Below are positions 62,283 through 64,000 of a stretch of 64,000 nucleotides of DNA, in pieces; the stretch's first letter is position 1, and each line of letters starts with the position of its first letter. Source of the stretch: Leptolyngbyaceae cyanobacterium. GTDB lineage: Bacteria; Cyanobacteriota; Cyanobacteriia; Phormidesmidales; Phormidesmidaceae. The position numbers were made by a program, and so were the translations under genes. A model generated the notes under the pieces. The model saw only the letters and a list, made by a program, of their open reading frames with translations. It was not told the origin of the DNA and did no database searches. The stretch is taken from assembly GCA_965263355.1 (NCBI GenBank), contig CBDHHL010000056.1, positions 736,001-800,000 of the forward strand, read 5' to 3'.

Positions 62283-63290
62283 ATGTCTAGTACAAGTATT
62301 TTAGTACCATCGATCTTGGTAACCGGTGGTGCCGGTTATATTGGCTCCCATGCCGTACTTGCCTTAGAACAGGCAGGCTACCAAGTAGTTATTTTGGATA
62401 GTCTTGAATATGGTCACCAGGAACTAGTAGAGCAACACCTGAAAGCAAAATTGGTGCAAGGTAACACGACTGACCGTGCTTTATTAGATCAACTATTTGA
62501 ACAATATAACTTTGTGGCTGTGATGCACTTCGCGGCCTACATTGCGGTAGGTGAGTCTGTAACTGCACCCGCTGATTACTATCGCAATAATGTCTACGGC
62601 ACCCTCAACCTTTTACAAGCAATGGAAGCCGCAGGAGTAAAGCGATTTGTCTTTTCCTCCACCTGTGCTATTTACGGGCCACCCAAGACTGTTCCAATTC
62701 CAGAAGATCATCCTAAAAATCCCATTAGTCCTTATGCCAGCAGCAAACTAATGGTGGAAATAATGCTCCAAGATTTCCAACAAGCTTACGGTTTACAATC
62801 GGTCTGTTTTCGTTATTTCAATGCCGCTGGTGCTGATCCTGCAGGCCGTCTAGGAGAAGATCACAATCCTGAAACTCACCTGATCCCTTTGGTATTGCAA
62901 ACGGCGCTTGGAAAACGTGATCATATTTCCATCTTTGGCACTGATTATGAGACTCGGGATGGTACCTGTATCCGTGACTATATCCATGTTGCCGACTTAG
63001 CCGATGCCCATGTCAAGGGAGTGCAATACTTGATTGACGGTGGTGAAACCGCCTTTATCAATTTAGGTAATGGCAGTGGCTTCACCGTTAAGGAAGTGAT
63101 CGAAGCTGCTCGTAAAGTAACAGGGCATCCTATTCCCGCTGTGGAGTGTGAACGCCGCCCTGGAGACCCGCCAAGCTTGATTGGCAGTAGCGACCATGCG
63201 CGTCAACGTCTAGGCTGGGTACCCCAATATGCCGATTTGGAAACCATTATTAGCCATGCCTGGCAATGGCATCAAAAGCGCCATGGTTAG
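62283..63290 (+). CDS. galE: UDP-glucose 4-epimerase
   Basis: TGGAGYIGSH, YxxxK, RYFNAAGA, GTCIRDYIHV. Confidence 0.97.
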   Translation: MSSTSILVPSILVTGGAGYIGSHAVLALEQAGYQVVILDSLEYGHQELVEQHLKAKLVQGNTTDRALLDQLFEQYNFVAVMHFAAYIAVGESVTAPADYYRNNVYGTLNLLQAMEAAGVKRFVFSSTCAIYGPPKTVPIPEDHPKNPISPYASSKLMVEIMLQDFQQAYGLQSVCFRYFNAAGADPAGRLGEDHNPETHLIPLVLQTALGKRDHISIFGTDYETRDGTCIRDYIHVADLADAHVKGVQYLIDGGETAFINLGNGSGFTVKEVIEAARKVTGHPIPAVECERRPGDPPSLIGSSDHARQRLGWVPQYADLETIISHAWQWHQKRHG

Positions 63291-63563
63291 TCTCAAGGGT
63301 AGCAAACGATACGCTGTTAACCTTTCCGGAATAAATTTACACAGACCGTACTGATAAAAAGTATTCTAGACCGGTAGCTTAGGCTATAAGCTTCTGAGGA
63401 TGCTTTACCCAGTAGCGCCCTTGAGGGAAAATGCATTCATTGGGAAAAGTATTGATATCCGGATAAAGCCAGGGATTGAGTGCACTAGAATGAGCAAATC
63501 ACGTTAGTCGATCCTTTCCCACGGCATTTCGCTTAGGGCATTTCTAATCAGCAGCAGGCGCGC

Positions 63564-64000
63564 ATGGCAGTGGCAACTACGATTCTAAAAGAATGGCAGC
63601 AACGGCTTCAGGCTGACTTGCCCGACCAAAGCCATGACACCCGCAAAGCGATTACTCAGTGGCTTTGCGGCGAGGACACTGAACGATTTGAGACACTTTC
63701 CCATAAAGAGTTATCCATTGCTACCCAAGCGATGGATTATCGATACCGCATTTTTTATAAAACCTACTGGGGATTACCGCCAGACCGGGCTTATCAAACC
63801 CTAATGCGGAAACTAGGTGGTTTATTTTTGGTGCGTAGCAAAATACGTACATGGATTGCCCTGAGCCGAGATCGCCAGCGTCAGGTTAAGGATGTTTTAC
63901 AAGAAATTATTCAGGAGATGTTGCAAAGCGATCGCCATCTTCAACAGCAGATGGGCTGGATAGCCCAATGTACAGCGCGTCCTCAGCTCCGTAATCTGCT
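63564..64000 (+). CDS. HetZ-related protein, partial (runs off window)
   Basis: Open frame MAVATTILKEW...MDYRYRI...KIRTWIALSRDRQR..DVLQE. Confidence 0.6.
   Translation, partial: MAVATTILKEWQQRLQADLPDQSHDTRKAITQWLCGEDTERFETLSHKELSIATQAMDYRYRIFYKTYWGLPPDRAYQTLMRKLGGLFLVRSKIRTWIALSRDRQRQVKDVLQEIIQEMLQSDRHLQQQMGWIAQCTARPQLRNL

Noticed and set aside
522..63937. GCGATCGC repeats as a novel element
   Set aside because: This is the known cyanobacterial HIP1 octamer; it occurs in both core and accessory parts

Overview
Cyanobacterial chromosome window. Evidence: frequent HIP1 octamers GCGATCGC, and ndhS, psb29, CRR6, an nblA remnant and a HetZ-like gene; probably a filamentous Leptolyngbya-like organism (inference). 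Housekeeping genes occupy ~1-16 kb (leuS, trx, aqpZ, crp-family, nadA) and ~37-64 kb (rodA, mrp, hemF, four GT-C-type membrane glycosyltransferases, wecB, ruvX, mltG, proB, galE). Between them, directly after tRNA-Ser(TGA), lies a ~21 kb accessory region with no integrase. It holds two convergent, decayed type I restriction-modification loci interleaved with toxin-antitoxin genes, four Uma2 nucleases, a DarG-like macrodomain, an HNH pair and a DEDD exonuclease. The most striking structure is a BIME-like array of alternating inverted hairpin repeats, linked to an intact IS200-type HUH/Y1 transposase and split into two halves. The left half ends at GTGGGTG (16548-16554) and the right half resumes at GTGGGTG (32426-32432), bracketing ~15.9 kb of defence cargo whose terminal genes are both broken. 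Other notable signals are a shared ~40-bp promoter/hairpin leader on three unrelated genes, a duplicated hsdM tail, chimeric antitoxins, and an hsdS whose variable domains are garbled while its conserved segments are clean. All family calls come from motif recognition by eye; no searches were run.
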